The notes under the pieces: generated by a model
What the model saw: only the letters and a program-made list of their open reading frames with translations
Told to the model about the DNA's origin: nothing
The model's database searches: none
Program-made: the position numbers and the translations under genes
Shown: one piece after another, positions 33,304 through 41,736 of the stretch
How positions within the stretch are numbered: position 1 is the stretch's first letter
Layout of the letters: each line of letters opens with the position of its first letter
Assembly (NCBI GenBank): GCA_947447235.1
Contig: CANFJA010000001.1
Location: forward strand, 1-42,085
Direction: 5' to 3'
From: Comamonadaceae bacterium
GTDB taxonomy: Bacteria; Pseudomonadota; Gammaproteobacteria; Burkholderiales; Burkholderiaceae_C
DNA: 42,085 nucleotides

Positions 33304-34806
33304 TTAGAAGCGTGGCAGATCCGGGTGTTGGACTTGCCCAGCACGCACCAACATCTTGCCGTACTCGGCGCAGCGGTGCAGGGTGGGAATCACCTTGCCG
33401 GGGTTGAGCAGGCCCTTGCTGTCAAAGGCACGTTTGACGCCAAACATCTGCTCGTTCTCGTCGGCGCTGAACTGCACGCACATGCTGTTGACTTTTTCAA
33501 TCCCCACGCCGTGCTCGCCCGTCACCGTGCCGCCCATGGCCACACTGGTTTCTAAGATCTCGGCACCGAACTGCTCACAGCGGTGCATTTGATCCGCGTC
33601 GTTGGCGTCAAACAGAATCAGCGGGTGCAAGTTGCCGTCACCGGCGTGAAACACGTTCAAACAGCGCAGTTGGTATTTGTCTTCCATCTCAGAGATGGCT
33701 TGCAAGATGTCGGCCACGCGCTTGCGCGGGATGGTGCTGTCCATGCACATGTAGTCGGGGCTGATCCGGCCTGATGCAGGAAACGCATTTTTACGACCAC
33801 TCCAAAACTTCAGGCGTTGCGCCTCATCGCGACTCACCGTGATGGCCGTGGCGCCGCAACCGCGCAGCACCTCGCTCATGCGGCCAATTTCTTCTTCCAC
33901 TTCTTCGGGCGTGCCATCGCTCTCGCACAGCAAAATCGCGGCCGCGCTCAGGTCGTAGCCTGCATGCACAAAGTCTTCCACGGCCGCCGTCATGGGGCCG
34001 TCCATCATTTCCAGCCCGGCGGGGATGATGCCGGCGGCAATCACCGCCGCCACCGCGTCACCGGCTTTGCGCACGTCATCAAAGCTGGCCATGATGCAGC
34101 GTGCCAACAAGGGCTTGGGGATGAGCTTGACGGTCACTTCCATCGTGACCGCCAACATGCCTTCGCTGCCCACCACCACGGGCAGCAAGTCCAAGCCGGG
34201 GGTGTCAAGCGCTGTGCTGCCAAACGTCACCGGGTCGCCCTCGATGGTGAAGCCCTTGACTTGCAGCACGTTGTGCACCGTCAGGCCATATTTCAAACAA
34301 TGCACGCCGCCTGAGTTTTCGGCCACGTTGCCGCCAATCGTGCAGGCAATTTGGCTCGACGGGTCAGGCGCGTAATACAAACCGTGGGGCGCTGCGGCCT
34401 CGCTGATGGCCAGGTTGCGCACGCCGCATTGCACCACCGCCGTTCGTGCCACCGGGTCGAGCTGGAGGATTTGGTTGAATTTGGCCAGCGACAAGGTCAC
34501 GCCGTCGATGTGCGGCATGGCACCACCCGACAAGCCGGTGCCTGCGCCGCGCGCCACCACGGGCACGTCAAGCGCATGGCAGGTTTTCAAAACAGCCTGC
34601 ACCTGGGCCTCGGTTTCTGGCAGGGCCACGCACAAGGGGCGCGCACGGTAGGCGGTCAGGCCATCGCACTCGTAGGGCGTGGTGTCTTCGCTGGTGTAGA
34701 GCAGTGCATGCGCGGGCAGCACGTGTTGCAAGGCCTGCACCACCTGGCGTTGTCGCTCGGCGCGCTGCATGTGTTGCGTCTGTTCGGGTGAGAGTGGTGC
34801 ATTCAT
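33304..34806 (-). CDS. glcD: Glycolate oxidase subunit GlcD (FAD-linked oxidase)
   Basis: RGAGTGLSGG, PDPSSQIAC, GGVHCLKYG, HAGDGNLHP, GEHGVG. Confidence 0.9.
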   Translation of the reverse strand: MNAPLSPEQTQHMQRAERQRQVVQALQHVLPAHALLYTSEDTTPYECDGLTAYRARPLCVALPETEAQVQAVLKTCHALDVPVVARGAGTGLSGGAMPHIDGVTLSLAKFNQILQLDPVARTAVVQCGVRNLAISEAAAPHGLYYAPDPSSQIACTIGGNVAENSGGVHCLKYGLTVHNVLQVKGFTIEGDPVTFGSTALDTPGLDLLPVVVGSEGMLAVTMEVTVKLIPKPLLARCIMASFDDVRKAGDAVAAVIAAGIIPAGLEMMDGPMTAAVEDFVHAGYDLSAAAILLCESDGTPEEVEEEIGRMSEVLRGCGATAITVSRDEAQRLKFWSGRKNAFPASGRISPDYMCMDSTIPRKRVADILQAISEMEDKYQLRCLNVFHAGDGNLHPLILFDANDADQMHRCEQFGAEILETSVAMGGTVTGEHGVGIEKVNSMCVQFSADENEQMFGVKRAFDSKGLLNPGKVIPTLHRCAEYGKMLVRAGQVQHPDLPRF

Positions 34807-34938
34807 GTGGCGCACTTTACGGCAAAAGCACTGACCGAGGCGTGAAGAAAGTTACAGCCCCGTTTGAGGTGAATTACATCTACTTCTGCACCACAGGCTG
34901 TGGCGATACCCCCGACAACCCTCATGCAAGGCCAAAGC

Positions 34939-35811
34939 TCAAGACACGGCTGACTTGAGCCAATCCGCAAACGCGGCGCACTCCCAGCGGTCCATCGCGC
35001 CGGTGCGCCAGCACAGGTAATGCCCATGGGGGCTGGGTACTTGCCGCGTGGAGAGGCGCACCAAGGTTCCGTTTTCTAGCCAAGGTGCGCCCAGTTTGAG
35101 CCGCACCAAGCCGACCCCCAAGCCCTGTGCAGCAGCGTCGCACACCAAGCCAATGTCATTGAAACTAGACCCGTCTACGGGCTCAGGCCAGTCCAAGTCG
35201 TGTGCCGCAAACCACGTGCGCCAAGGCTCTAAGGGGCTGCGTAGCAAGGTGGCATCGGCCAGGTCTTCGGGCGTGGCAAATGGTCCGAATTCACGCACGT
35301 AGGCGGGCGACGCCATGGGCACCACATCGTCTTTCATGATGCATTGGTATTCCACATCGGCGTATCGCCCGGTGCCAAAACGGATGGTCAGGTCAGCGTC
35401 TTCGGCCACCACGTCCAGCAGCGGAATGGTCACTTGCAGTGTCAGGTCAATCTCGGGATAGGCCTCGGCAAAGTGGCGCAAGCGCGGCATCAAAATGGAG
35501 CGCGCAAAGGTGGGGGTCACCGCCAAGCGCAGTTTGCGTTTGCCGCCGTTGCTGCCATCTTTGCCCGGGAAACGTTCCAGAATTGACAGACCTTCACGCA
35601 CATGCGCGAGGTATTCACTGCCTTCGGTGGTCAGAGAAAAGTCTGCTCGGCCAAACAGCTTGACGCCCAGCAACTGTTCGAGTTGCTTGACCCGGTGGCT
35701 CACTGCGCTGGGTGTGACGCACAACTCTTCAGCGGCCAACGTGACCGAACGCAAACGCGCCAGCGCCTCAAACGTCAGCAAGCACTGAATGGGCGGAATG
35801 CGGTGGGTCAT
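34939..35811 (-). CDS. LysR-family regulator (GcvA-like)
   Basis: FEALARL.S.T.AAEEL.VTPSAVSHRVKQLE HTH plus substrate-binding domain. Confidence 0.94.
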   Translation of the reverse strand: MTHRIPPIQCLLTFEALARLRSVTLAAEELCVTPSAVSHRVKQLEQLLGVKLFGRADFSLTTEGSEYLAHVREGLSILERFPGKDGSNGGKRKLRLAVTPTFARSILMPRLRHFAEAYPEIDLTLQVTIPLLDVVAEDADLTIRFGTGRYADVEYQCIMKDDVVPMASPAYVREFGPFATPEDLADATLLRSPLEPWRTWFAAHDLDWPEPVDGSSFNDIGLVCDAAAQGLGVGLVRLKLGAPWLENGTLVRLSTRQVPSPHGHYLCWRTGAMDRWECAAFADWLKSAVS

Positions 35812-35816
35812 GCCAA

Positions 35817-36662
35817 TTATTTGAAGATCACAGTTTTATGACCGTTGATCAGCACGCGGTGTTCGCTGTGCCACTTCACGGCGCGCGCCAGCACCTGGCT
35901 TTCGGTGTCACGGCCCATGGCGGTCAGGTCTTCCACCGTTTTGCTGTGGTCCACGCGTGCCACGTCTTGTTCAATGATGGGGCCTTCGTCCAAGTCTGCC
36001 GTCACATAGTGCGCGGTGGCACCAATCAGCTTGACGCCCCGGTCGTGCGCTTGGTAATAGGGCTTGGCACCTTTGAAGCTGGGCAAAAAACTGTGGTGAA
36101 TGTTGATGGCGCGCCCGCTGAGTTTTCGGCACAAGTCATCGCTCAAGATTTGCATGTAACGCGCCAGCACCACCAGCTCTGCACCTTCGTGTTGGATGAT
36201 CTCGAACTGCTTGGCCTCTGCGAGTGCTTTGGTGGCCGCAGTGACTGGAATGTGGTGAAACGGCACGTTGTAGCTGGCCGCCAGTTGGTAGAACTCACGG
36301 TGGTTGCTCACGATGGCGCGAATGTCCAGGGGCAGCAAGCCACTTTTCCAGCGAAACAGCAAGTCGTTCAAGCAATGACCTTCTTTGCTGACCATGATGA
36401 CCGTGCGCATGGGTTGGGTGGTGTCGTGCAAGGTCCAGCGCATGCCAAAGGTGTCGGCCAAGGTGGCGAGCTGCAGGCGTAAATCTTCTTGCGTCAGGCT
36501 GTCACAGGCGAACTGCACCCGCATGAAAAACAGGCCAGTGGCATGGTCGTTGTACTGTGCGGCTTCTTCGATGTTGCCTTGGCGTTCGAGTAAAAAGCCA
36601 GACACGGCGTGCACGATGCCGTGTCTGTCAGGGCAAGACAGGTTGAGGATGTAGGCGGTCAT
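35817..36662 (-). CDS. purU: Formyltetrahydrofolate deformylase
   Basis: ACT-domain CPD..GIVH, LARYMQIL, INIHHSFLPSFKGAKPY, LDEGPII. Confidence 0.97.
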   Translation of the reverse strand: MTAYILNLSCPDRHGIVHAVSGFLLERQGNIEEAAQYNDHATGLFFMRVQFACDSLTQEDLRLQLATLADTFGMRWTLHDTTQPMRTVIMVSKEGHCLNDLLFRWKSGLLPLDIRAIVSNHREFYQLAASYNVPFHHIPVTAATKALAEAKQFEIIQHEGAELVVLARYMQILSDDLCRKLSGRAINIHHSFLPSFKGAKPYYQAHDRGVKLIGATAHYVTADLDEGPIIEQDVARVDHSKTVEDLTAMGRDTESQVLARAVKWHSEHRVLINGHKTVIFK

Positions 36663-36728
36663 GGCCGCAATTGTAGGTTTGCCACCCAATGCCCCCAGCT
36701 GTGCCGTGGATGGCGCTGTCTCAGCGGG

Positions 36729-37010
36729 TCAGTGCACCACCACCGGGTTTTGCGCCAACTCGGCGTAGCCCGCCAAGGTTTCTTCTACCTCTTCTTGCGA
36801 GGGGGAGCTCTCTTGCCAGGCGCGCAAATGGGCTTGGAACAGTTCCGCCCAAGAACCTTCGAGGTAGACCTCTTTGCCAGAGCGTTTGTCCACGATTTCA
36901 AAGCCATGACGCGATAACACCGGCAGATCTGGTCGTGCGGGCGTGGCAGTCTCATCCTGTGCTTTGAGGTGCATCACAGAAAAAGTGTCAGAGTTGTAGA
37001 GCATGTCCAT
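36729..37010 (-). CDS. Small conserved protein (DUF3567-like)
   Basis: MLYNSD..GFEIVDK..KEVYL.GSWA recognised from memory. Confidence 0.78.
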   Translation of the reverse strand: MDMLYNSDTFSVMHLKAQDETATPARPDLPVLSRHGFEIVDKRSGKEVYLEGSWAELFQAHLRAWQESSPSQEEVEETLAGYAELAQNPVVVH

Positions 37011-37078
37011 GGTGTCAATTCGGGTCAGAGGGCCTAGGTACCAGTGTGACACAAGATATCGGATCGAACGCCTTAAAT

Positions 37079-38167
37079 TCAAGGGGACGACATCTGAACC
37101 TGTTGCAGCAATTGGTCAATGAAGTCGCCGTTGGCGTTGGTGATGCGCAAACGAGCTGGCAAATACCCCAAACTGGGGGCGAACCACAGCTCAATGTGTT
37201 GATCAAAAGAGCGCCTCGGGTTGCGATTGAGCTTGACCGTGGCCAGTGGGCCATAGGGCAGTTGAAGCTGTTCTTCTTTCTCCACCACAAACTGCCACAT
37301 TTCTGCTTCGCGCTGAGACACGGTTTGAAAAGACACCATGGTGCCCATTGGAAAGCGCTCAGGGTCTGCCGCCAACAAAGCGCTGAGCTGCAAAACTATG
37401 CTCAGTCGGTCTTGAGCGCCTTTGAGCAGCGGTGCGTCTGGCGTGTTGGCGCTGAAGCTGATGATGTTTTTGTCGCGTTGAAAGTGGGCTGCCAACTCGC
37501 TGCGCGACTTGTCGCCAAACCGCAAGGGCATCAGCCCATCGATGCCCAGTTCGCCCACGCTGGTTTGCACCCGAGAGCCCAGCAAAAACGCCCCCACTTC
37601 CATGCGTGCCTCGTACGTCTGACCATCTTGCCGCCAATTCAAGTCGCCACCTGCTGCGTATTGCATGCCACGCGAAAAACCCTTGATCTCATATTTCATA
37701 CGGGCTGACGCTGGGGCTTTGTAGGCCGTGATCTCTGCCGCCGTGAACGCATTGGCTGCGCGGTTGTAGGGCGGCAAATCCACCGCCTCGGCAACACGAG
37801 GCGGCAAGCTGACTGGCGCCGAAAAATCTGCCCCTGCATTTTCCAGTTCGACCGGTAGCCCTGGATTGGGCGGGAGGGGGTCGACGGATTTGCCGGCAAG
37901 CGTTTCTGGCTGTGATTCGATGTGCGCCAGTCTTTGCGTGCGTTGCACGGGCGGTGTGTTTTTGGGCGCGCGCGAGGGGGCCTCGATCTGTCGGGTCACG
38001 AAGGGTCTGGGCGGCAGGTCGGCGCCGGGACGGAGCGAAAACAGCAGCCTGCCGCTGTCGAGCAACCACACATGCATCAGCAGCACAGCAGCCACCACCA
38101 AGAACGCGTGCCTGCGTGGCAGATGACGCCTCGCCCCAACAGGTGTCAGAAGTGCGGGTGCTTGCAT
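37079..38167 (-). CDS. DUF3108-like exported/membrane-anchored protein
   Basis: N-terminal TM + Pro-rich linker, GAQDRLS, WFAPSLGYLPARLR; start uncertain. Confidence 0.78.
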   Translation of the reverse strand: MQAPALLTPVGARRHLPRRHAFLVVAAVLLMHVWLLDSGRLLFSLRPGADLPPRPFVTRQIEAPSRAPKNTPPVQRTQRLAHIESQPETLAGKSVDPLPPNPGLPVELENAGADFSAPVSLPPRVAEAVDLPPYNRAANAFTAAEITAYKAPASARMKYEIKGFSRGMQYAAGGDLNWRQDGQTYEARMEVGAFLLGSRVQTSVGELGIDGLMPLRFGDKSRSELAAHFQRDKNIISFSANTPDAPLLKGAQDRLSIVLQLSALLAADPERFPMGTMVSFQTVSQREAEMWQFVVEKEEQLQLPYGPLATVKLNRNPRRSFDQHIELWFAPSLGYLPARLRITNANGDFIDQLLQQVQMSSP

Positions 38168-38178
38168 GGCTGGATGTG

Positions 38179-38961
38179 TCAGCGGCTGGGTTTGGACGCG
38201 CCAAGCTCGGCGCTCAGTTGCTGGGCTGCATGGCGCAGCGCTTTGGCCGGTGCCCCCGTCCACGTGGCGTCAAAACTGGAGGTGGGCCCCAGCGACACCA
38301 TGGCCAGCGCCATGTGCCCATCCGAGTCAAACACCGGCGCTGAAAAGCCAGCCACACCCGGCAGCAAGGCATCGGTGACGCGCGCCAAACCGCGTTGGCG
38401 CACCTCGTCGAGCATGGTTTTGGCTTCACCCAAGGTGTTGGGCACATCGTGGTGCTTGATTTTTTGCAAGCGCGTCAATTCCGCCTTCAGCATGGGCGCG
38501 ATCAAGTCGTGGGGCATGAAGGCTGCAAAACACCGGCCTGTGGCCGAGGTGAGCAAAGGCATCACATCGCCCAAACGCAAAATCGTCATGGCGTGTGGGG
38601 ACTCTTGCCAGTGCACGATGGTCGGTCCTTGGTTGCCCCACACCGCCAAGGCCACGGTGTGGCCAATCTCAGCCATCAAGGGGGTCATGCGGTCGCGGGC
38701 TAACTTGACGGGGTCCAAGCGGCTCAGAGCGGCCAAGCCCAGTTGCAAAGCCGCAGGGCCTAAGTCGTACCGGGTGCTGGCGTGGTCTTGGTGAACCAGC
38801 CCTAGGCGCTGAAAACTCACCAGATACCGGTGTGCCTTGGCGGCACTCATACCGGCGGAAGCGGCCAAATCGCGCAGCATCAGCGCACCCTCTGACTTGG
38901 CCAGCACGTGCAGCAGTGCAAACCCGACTTCAACCGATTGGATGCCAGCGCGTTCTTTCAT
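38179..38961 (-). CDS. IclR-family regulator (HmgR-like)
   Basis: GIQSVEVG..AKAHRYL..YDLG..SATGR..SAPVF; divergent from FAH. Confidence 0.95.
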   Translation of the reverse strand: MKERAGIQSVEVGFALLHVLAKSEGALMLRDLAASAGMSAAKAHRYLVSFQRLGLVHQDHASTRYDLGPAALQLGLAALSRLDPVKLARDRMTPLMAEIGHTVALAVWGNQGPTIVHWQESPHAMTILRLGDVMPLLTSATGRCFAAFMPHDLIAPMLKAELTRLQKIKHHDVPNTLGEAKTMLDEVRQRGLARVTDALLPGVAGFSAPVFDSDGHMALAMVSLGPTSSFDATWTGAPAKALRHAAQQLSAELGASKPSR

Positions 38962-38983
38962 CGCATCAAGTATCTTATAGAAT

Positions 38984-39038
38984 TCGTCACAAAGTTACGT
39001 TTAGTTAAATTTGTTTACCCATACGTAATTTGGGCGAC
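38984..39038. promoter_or_regulatory. Candidate IclR operator region
   Basis: Imperfect inverted repeat AGTTACGTTTAGTTAAAT (38993-39010) / GTTTACCCATACGTAATT (39013-39030) between the divergent genes. Confidence 0.55.
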
Positions 39039-39070
39039 CATCCACAGCCCATCCCCACAGGAGACACACC

Positions 39071-40078
39071 ATGAAATTGGCCACTTACAAAGACGGATCA
39101 CGCGACGGGCAGTTGGTGGTGGTGTCGCGCGACCTGAGCACGGCACATTATGCAAGTGGCATCGCCAGTCGCATGCAGCAAGTGCTGGACGACTGGGGCT
39201 TTATCGCACCACAGTTGCAAGACTTGTACGACACCTTGAACCAAGGCCGTGCACGCCACGCGTTTGCGTTTGAACCTGCCCGTTGCATGGCCCCCTTGCC
39301 CCGTGCTTACCAGTGGGCCGATGGCTCGGCCTACCTCAACCATGTGGAGTTGGTCCGTGCTGCGCGCGACGCCTTGGTGCCTGAGAGTTTTTACGCCGAC
39401 CCCTTGATGTACCAAGGTGGCAGCGACGACTTCATCGGTCCCACCGACGATGTGGTGTGCCCCAGCGAGTCGTATGGCATCGACTTTGAGGCTGAATTGG
39501 CTGTCATCACGGCTGACGTGCCCATGGAGGCCACGCCTGAACAAGCGCTAGAAGGCATCCGTTTGATGATGTTGGCCAACGATGTGTCGCTGCGCAACCT
39601 CATTCCCAACGAACTGGCTAAGGGCTTTGGATTCTTTCAAAGCAAGCCTGCCACGGCTTTCAGCCCTGTGGCCGTGACGCTCGATGAGTTGGGCGACGCC
39701 TGGGATGGCGGACGCTTGCACCTGACCATGCAGTCCACCTGGAACGGCCGCAAAGTCGGCATGTGCGATGCCGGGCCCGACATGACGTTTCACTTTGGCC
39801 AGCTGATCGCGCACATCTGCAAAACCCGGCGCGTGCGTGCGGGCTCCATCGTGGGCAGCGGCACCATCAGCAACCAGGGGGTGGAGGTCAACGGCAAGAA
39901 AGACTGGCCCAAGGGCTACAGCTGCATTGCCGAGAAACGTGCCATTGAAACCATTTTGGATGGCCGACCCAGTACCGAGTTCATGCGATTTGGCGACACC
40001 ATCCACATCGAGATGAAGGGCAAAGACGGCCAAAGTGTGTTTGGCGCCATTGACCAAAAAATTGTCGCCTTGGCCTAA
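39071..40078 (+). CDS. Fumarylacetoacetate hydrolase family protein
   Basis: PLPRAYQWADGSAY, IDFEAE, NDVSLR, FFQSKP, GSGT; SD AGGAG. Confidence 0.94.
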   Translation: MKLATYKDGSRDGQLVVVSRDLSTAHYASGIASRMQQVLDDWGFIAPQLQDLYDTLNQGRARHAFAFEPARCMAPLPRAYQWADGSAYLNHVELVRAARDALVPESFYADPLMYQGGSDDFIGPTDDVVCPSESYGIDFEAELAVITADVPMEATPEQALEGIRLMMLANDVSLRNLIPNELAKGFGFFQSKPATAFSPVAVTLDELGDAWDGGRLHLTMQSTWNGRKVGMCDAGPDMTFHFGQLIAHICKTRRVRAGSIVGSGTISNQGVEVNGKKDWPKGYSCIAEKRAIETILDGRPSTEFMRFGDTIHIEMKGKDGQSVFGAIDQKIVALA

Positions 40079-40108
40079 GAGACCCTGCGGTCATCCAAAC
40101 ATCAACCC

Positions 40109-40489
40109 TCAGGTGCGTGAGGGGTCGACCGTGGTTTGGTCAAACTTCTTGAAGTACTGACGCGCCAAGGCCACCACCTGTGCGTCGGTGGGGTGATCGC
40201 TGGCGATGCTGTCGACGATGCTGTGCGCCACCGCGCTTTGGTGTGTTTTGCACCAGTCGCGAAAAGCGTCGCGTGCCAAGCCCGGGCCCGTGAGCAACAC
40301 CTCGTGCGTTCCCTGCAAGGCTTTGGCAATGTCTGCAAACAAGGCTGCTGTGTCATGCGGCTTACCTTGGTGCTTGTGGTGCGAGCGAGAGTGGATGCGT
40401 TGCGCCTCAACGTGCTCGCGGTCAAACATCAGCACGTGGGCCTCTTGTTGGTCCATCCAAACAACTGCGTGAAAAGTGGTCATGTCCAT
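40109..40489 (-). CDS. Small protein resembling a stand-alone eRF1/Pelota middle domain (no GGQ); alternative start 40483
   Basis: AVVWMD..EAHV strands, His-rich loop, helix LFADIAKAL, VLLTGPG.AR..F, DHPT; 7 nt downstream of the DksA-like gene. Confidence 0.7.
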   Translation of the reverse strand: MDMTTFHAVVWMDQQEAHVLMFDREHVEAQRIHSRSHHKHQGKPHDTAALFADIAKALQGTHEVLLTGPGLARDAFRDWCKTHQSAVAHSIVDSIASDHPTDAQVVALARQYFKKFDQTTVDPSRT

Positions 40490-40496
40490 GTCTTTC

Positions 40497-40862
40497 TTAA
40501 AGCGTGTGTGATTCGGTTTTTTCTTGACACGCGATGCAGCGCGCGGCTTCAGGCGTGGCGAGCAGGCGTGCCGCAGGAATGGCTACATCGCAGTCGATGC
40601 ATCGACCGTAGCTGCCGTCGCGCCAGCGAGCCAGCGCCTCGTCTAAGGCGGCCAGTTCAGCGGTCCCTCGCTCGTTGATGGCAAATTCCAAGTCGCGCTC
40701 GGTGGCCACTTGCGCCGATGAATCTTCGCTGTGTGCAAAGTGCTCGGCGGCCACTTCAGCGCGCCCTTTGGTGCCGCCGCGCTGTTGTTCAATTTGTTGC
40801 AGCAAGCCCTCGCGCAGGGTTTCCAGTGAGAGCTTGAGGGAGGGGTTGTGCTGTGTGTGCAT
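40497..40862 (-). CDS. TraR/DksA family C4 zinc-finger protein
   Basis: AL.R..DGSYG.CIDC...IP.ARL.A.P.A.RCIACQ; SD CAGGA. Confidence 0.92.
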   Translation of the reverse strand: MHTQHNPSLKLSLETLREGLLQQIEQQRGGTKGRAEVAAEHFAHSEDSSAQVATERDLEFAINERGTAELAALDEALARWRDGSYGRCIDCDVAIPAARLLATPEAARCIACQEKTESHTL

Positions 40863-40885
40863 GACAGTTCCTGTGTGTGGGTTCG

Positions 40886-40927
40886 ATCATGCGCTTTGCC
40901 ATGCCTTGTTTCATTGACCAAGGTCAA
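40886..40927 (-). promoter_or_regulatory. FNR/CRP-family class II promoter
   Basis: Dyad TTGAC-CAAG-GTCAA (40914-40927); minus-strand -10 CATGAT (40891-40886) places its centre at -41.5. Confidence 0.75.
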
Positions 40928-41007
40928 GACAAGACAGACCAAGCCCGGGCGCCCCCAAGGGCTGAGGCACGCTGACAGAGGGTCTGGCGCTCTGGAACAA
41001 TCACCCA

Positions 41008-41736
41008 ATGAAATTCTTTTTGTCTGCATGGCTGATGGTGTGTGGGGTGCTGTCTGCGCATGGCTTTGAAAACACCATGGCCGAGCGCACGCGTGCCTGC
41101 ACCGCCTGTCATGGCGAGCAGGGCAAAGCCGGGCCCGATGGCTATTACCCGCGTTTGGCGGGCAAGCCCGCGGGGTATCTCTACAACCAGTTGCAAAACT
41201 TCAAACAAGGGCGACGCCATTACGACCTGATGGCACGCTTGATCGACCCCTTGTCCGACGCCTATTTGCAAGACATGGCGCAGTACTTCTCGGCTTTGAA
41301 GGTGCCCTATCCGGCGCCTGCTTTGCAGGCTGGCAGTGCTACGCCTGCGTTGCTGGCGCGTGGTCAAAAGCTGACACGCGAGGGCGACGCCAGCAAGGGC
41401 CTGCCAGCGTGCGCTGCGTGTCATGGCGACAAACTGACTGGGGTGGCGCCTGCGGTGCCTGGCTTGCTCGGCTTGCCACTGGATTATTTGAATGGGCAGC
41501 TGGGTGCTTGGCAGTCGGGACAACGCCGCGCCCATGCGCCCGATTGCATGGCGCAGGTGGTGCAACGTTTGAGCCCTGAGGACTTGGTGGCCGTGGCCAA
41601 CTACCTGGTGCGGCAAGCGCTGCCCAGCGACGCGGCCCCCGCGGCTGCCGCACAAGGTGCTGTGCGGGCCAAACTGGCAAGCACCAGCGACACTTGGCGC
41701 TGTGGCAGCGCTCCACTGGCCAAGGGGCAGCCATGA
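41008..41736 (+). CDS. Di-heme cytochrome c4/c553 family
   Basis: Signal peptide, CTACH and CAACH, YPRLAGK..YL.NQL. Confidence 0.93.
   Translation: MKFFLSAWLMVCGVLSAHGFENTMAERTRACTACHGEQGKAGPDGYYPRLAGKPAGYLYNQLQNFKQGRRHYDLMARLIDPLSDAYLQDMAQYFSALKVPYPAPALQAGSATPALLARGQKLTREGDASKGLPACAACHGDKLTGVAPAVPGLLGLPLDYLNGQLGAWQSGQRRAHAPDCMAQVVQRLSPEDLVAVANYLVRQALPSDAAPAAAAQGAVRAKLASTSDTWRCGSAPLAKGQP

Noticed and set aside
34840-34890. GTGAA-containing LysR-like boxes upstream of glcD
   Set aside because: Weak symmetry; only one fits T-N11-A, which is too degenerate to support a call
37922-38794. 290-aa plus-strand ORF, and the 349-aa minus-strand ORF at 40924-41973
   Set aside because: Overlap well-supported genes on the opposite strand (DUF3108/IclR; cytochromes) and lack domain features
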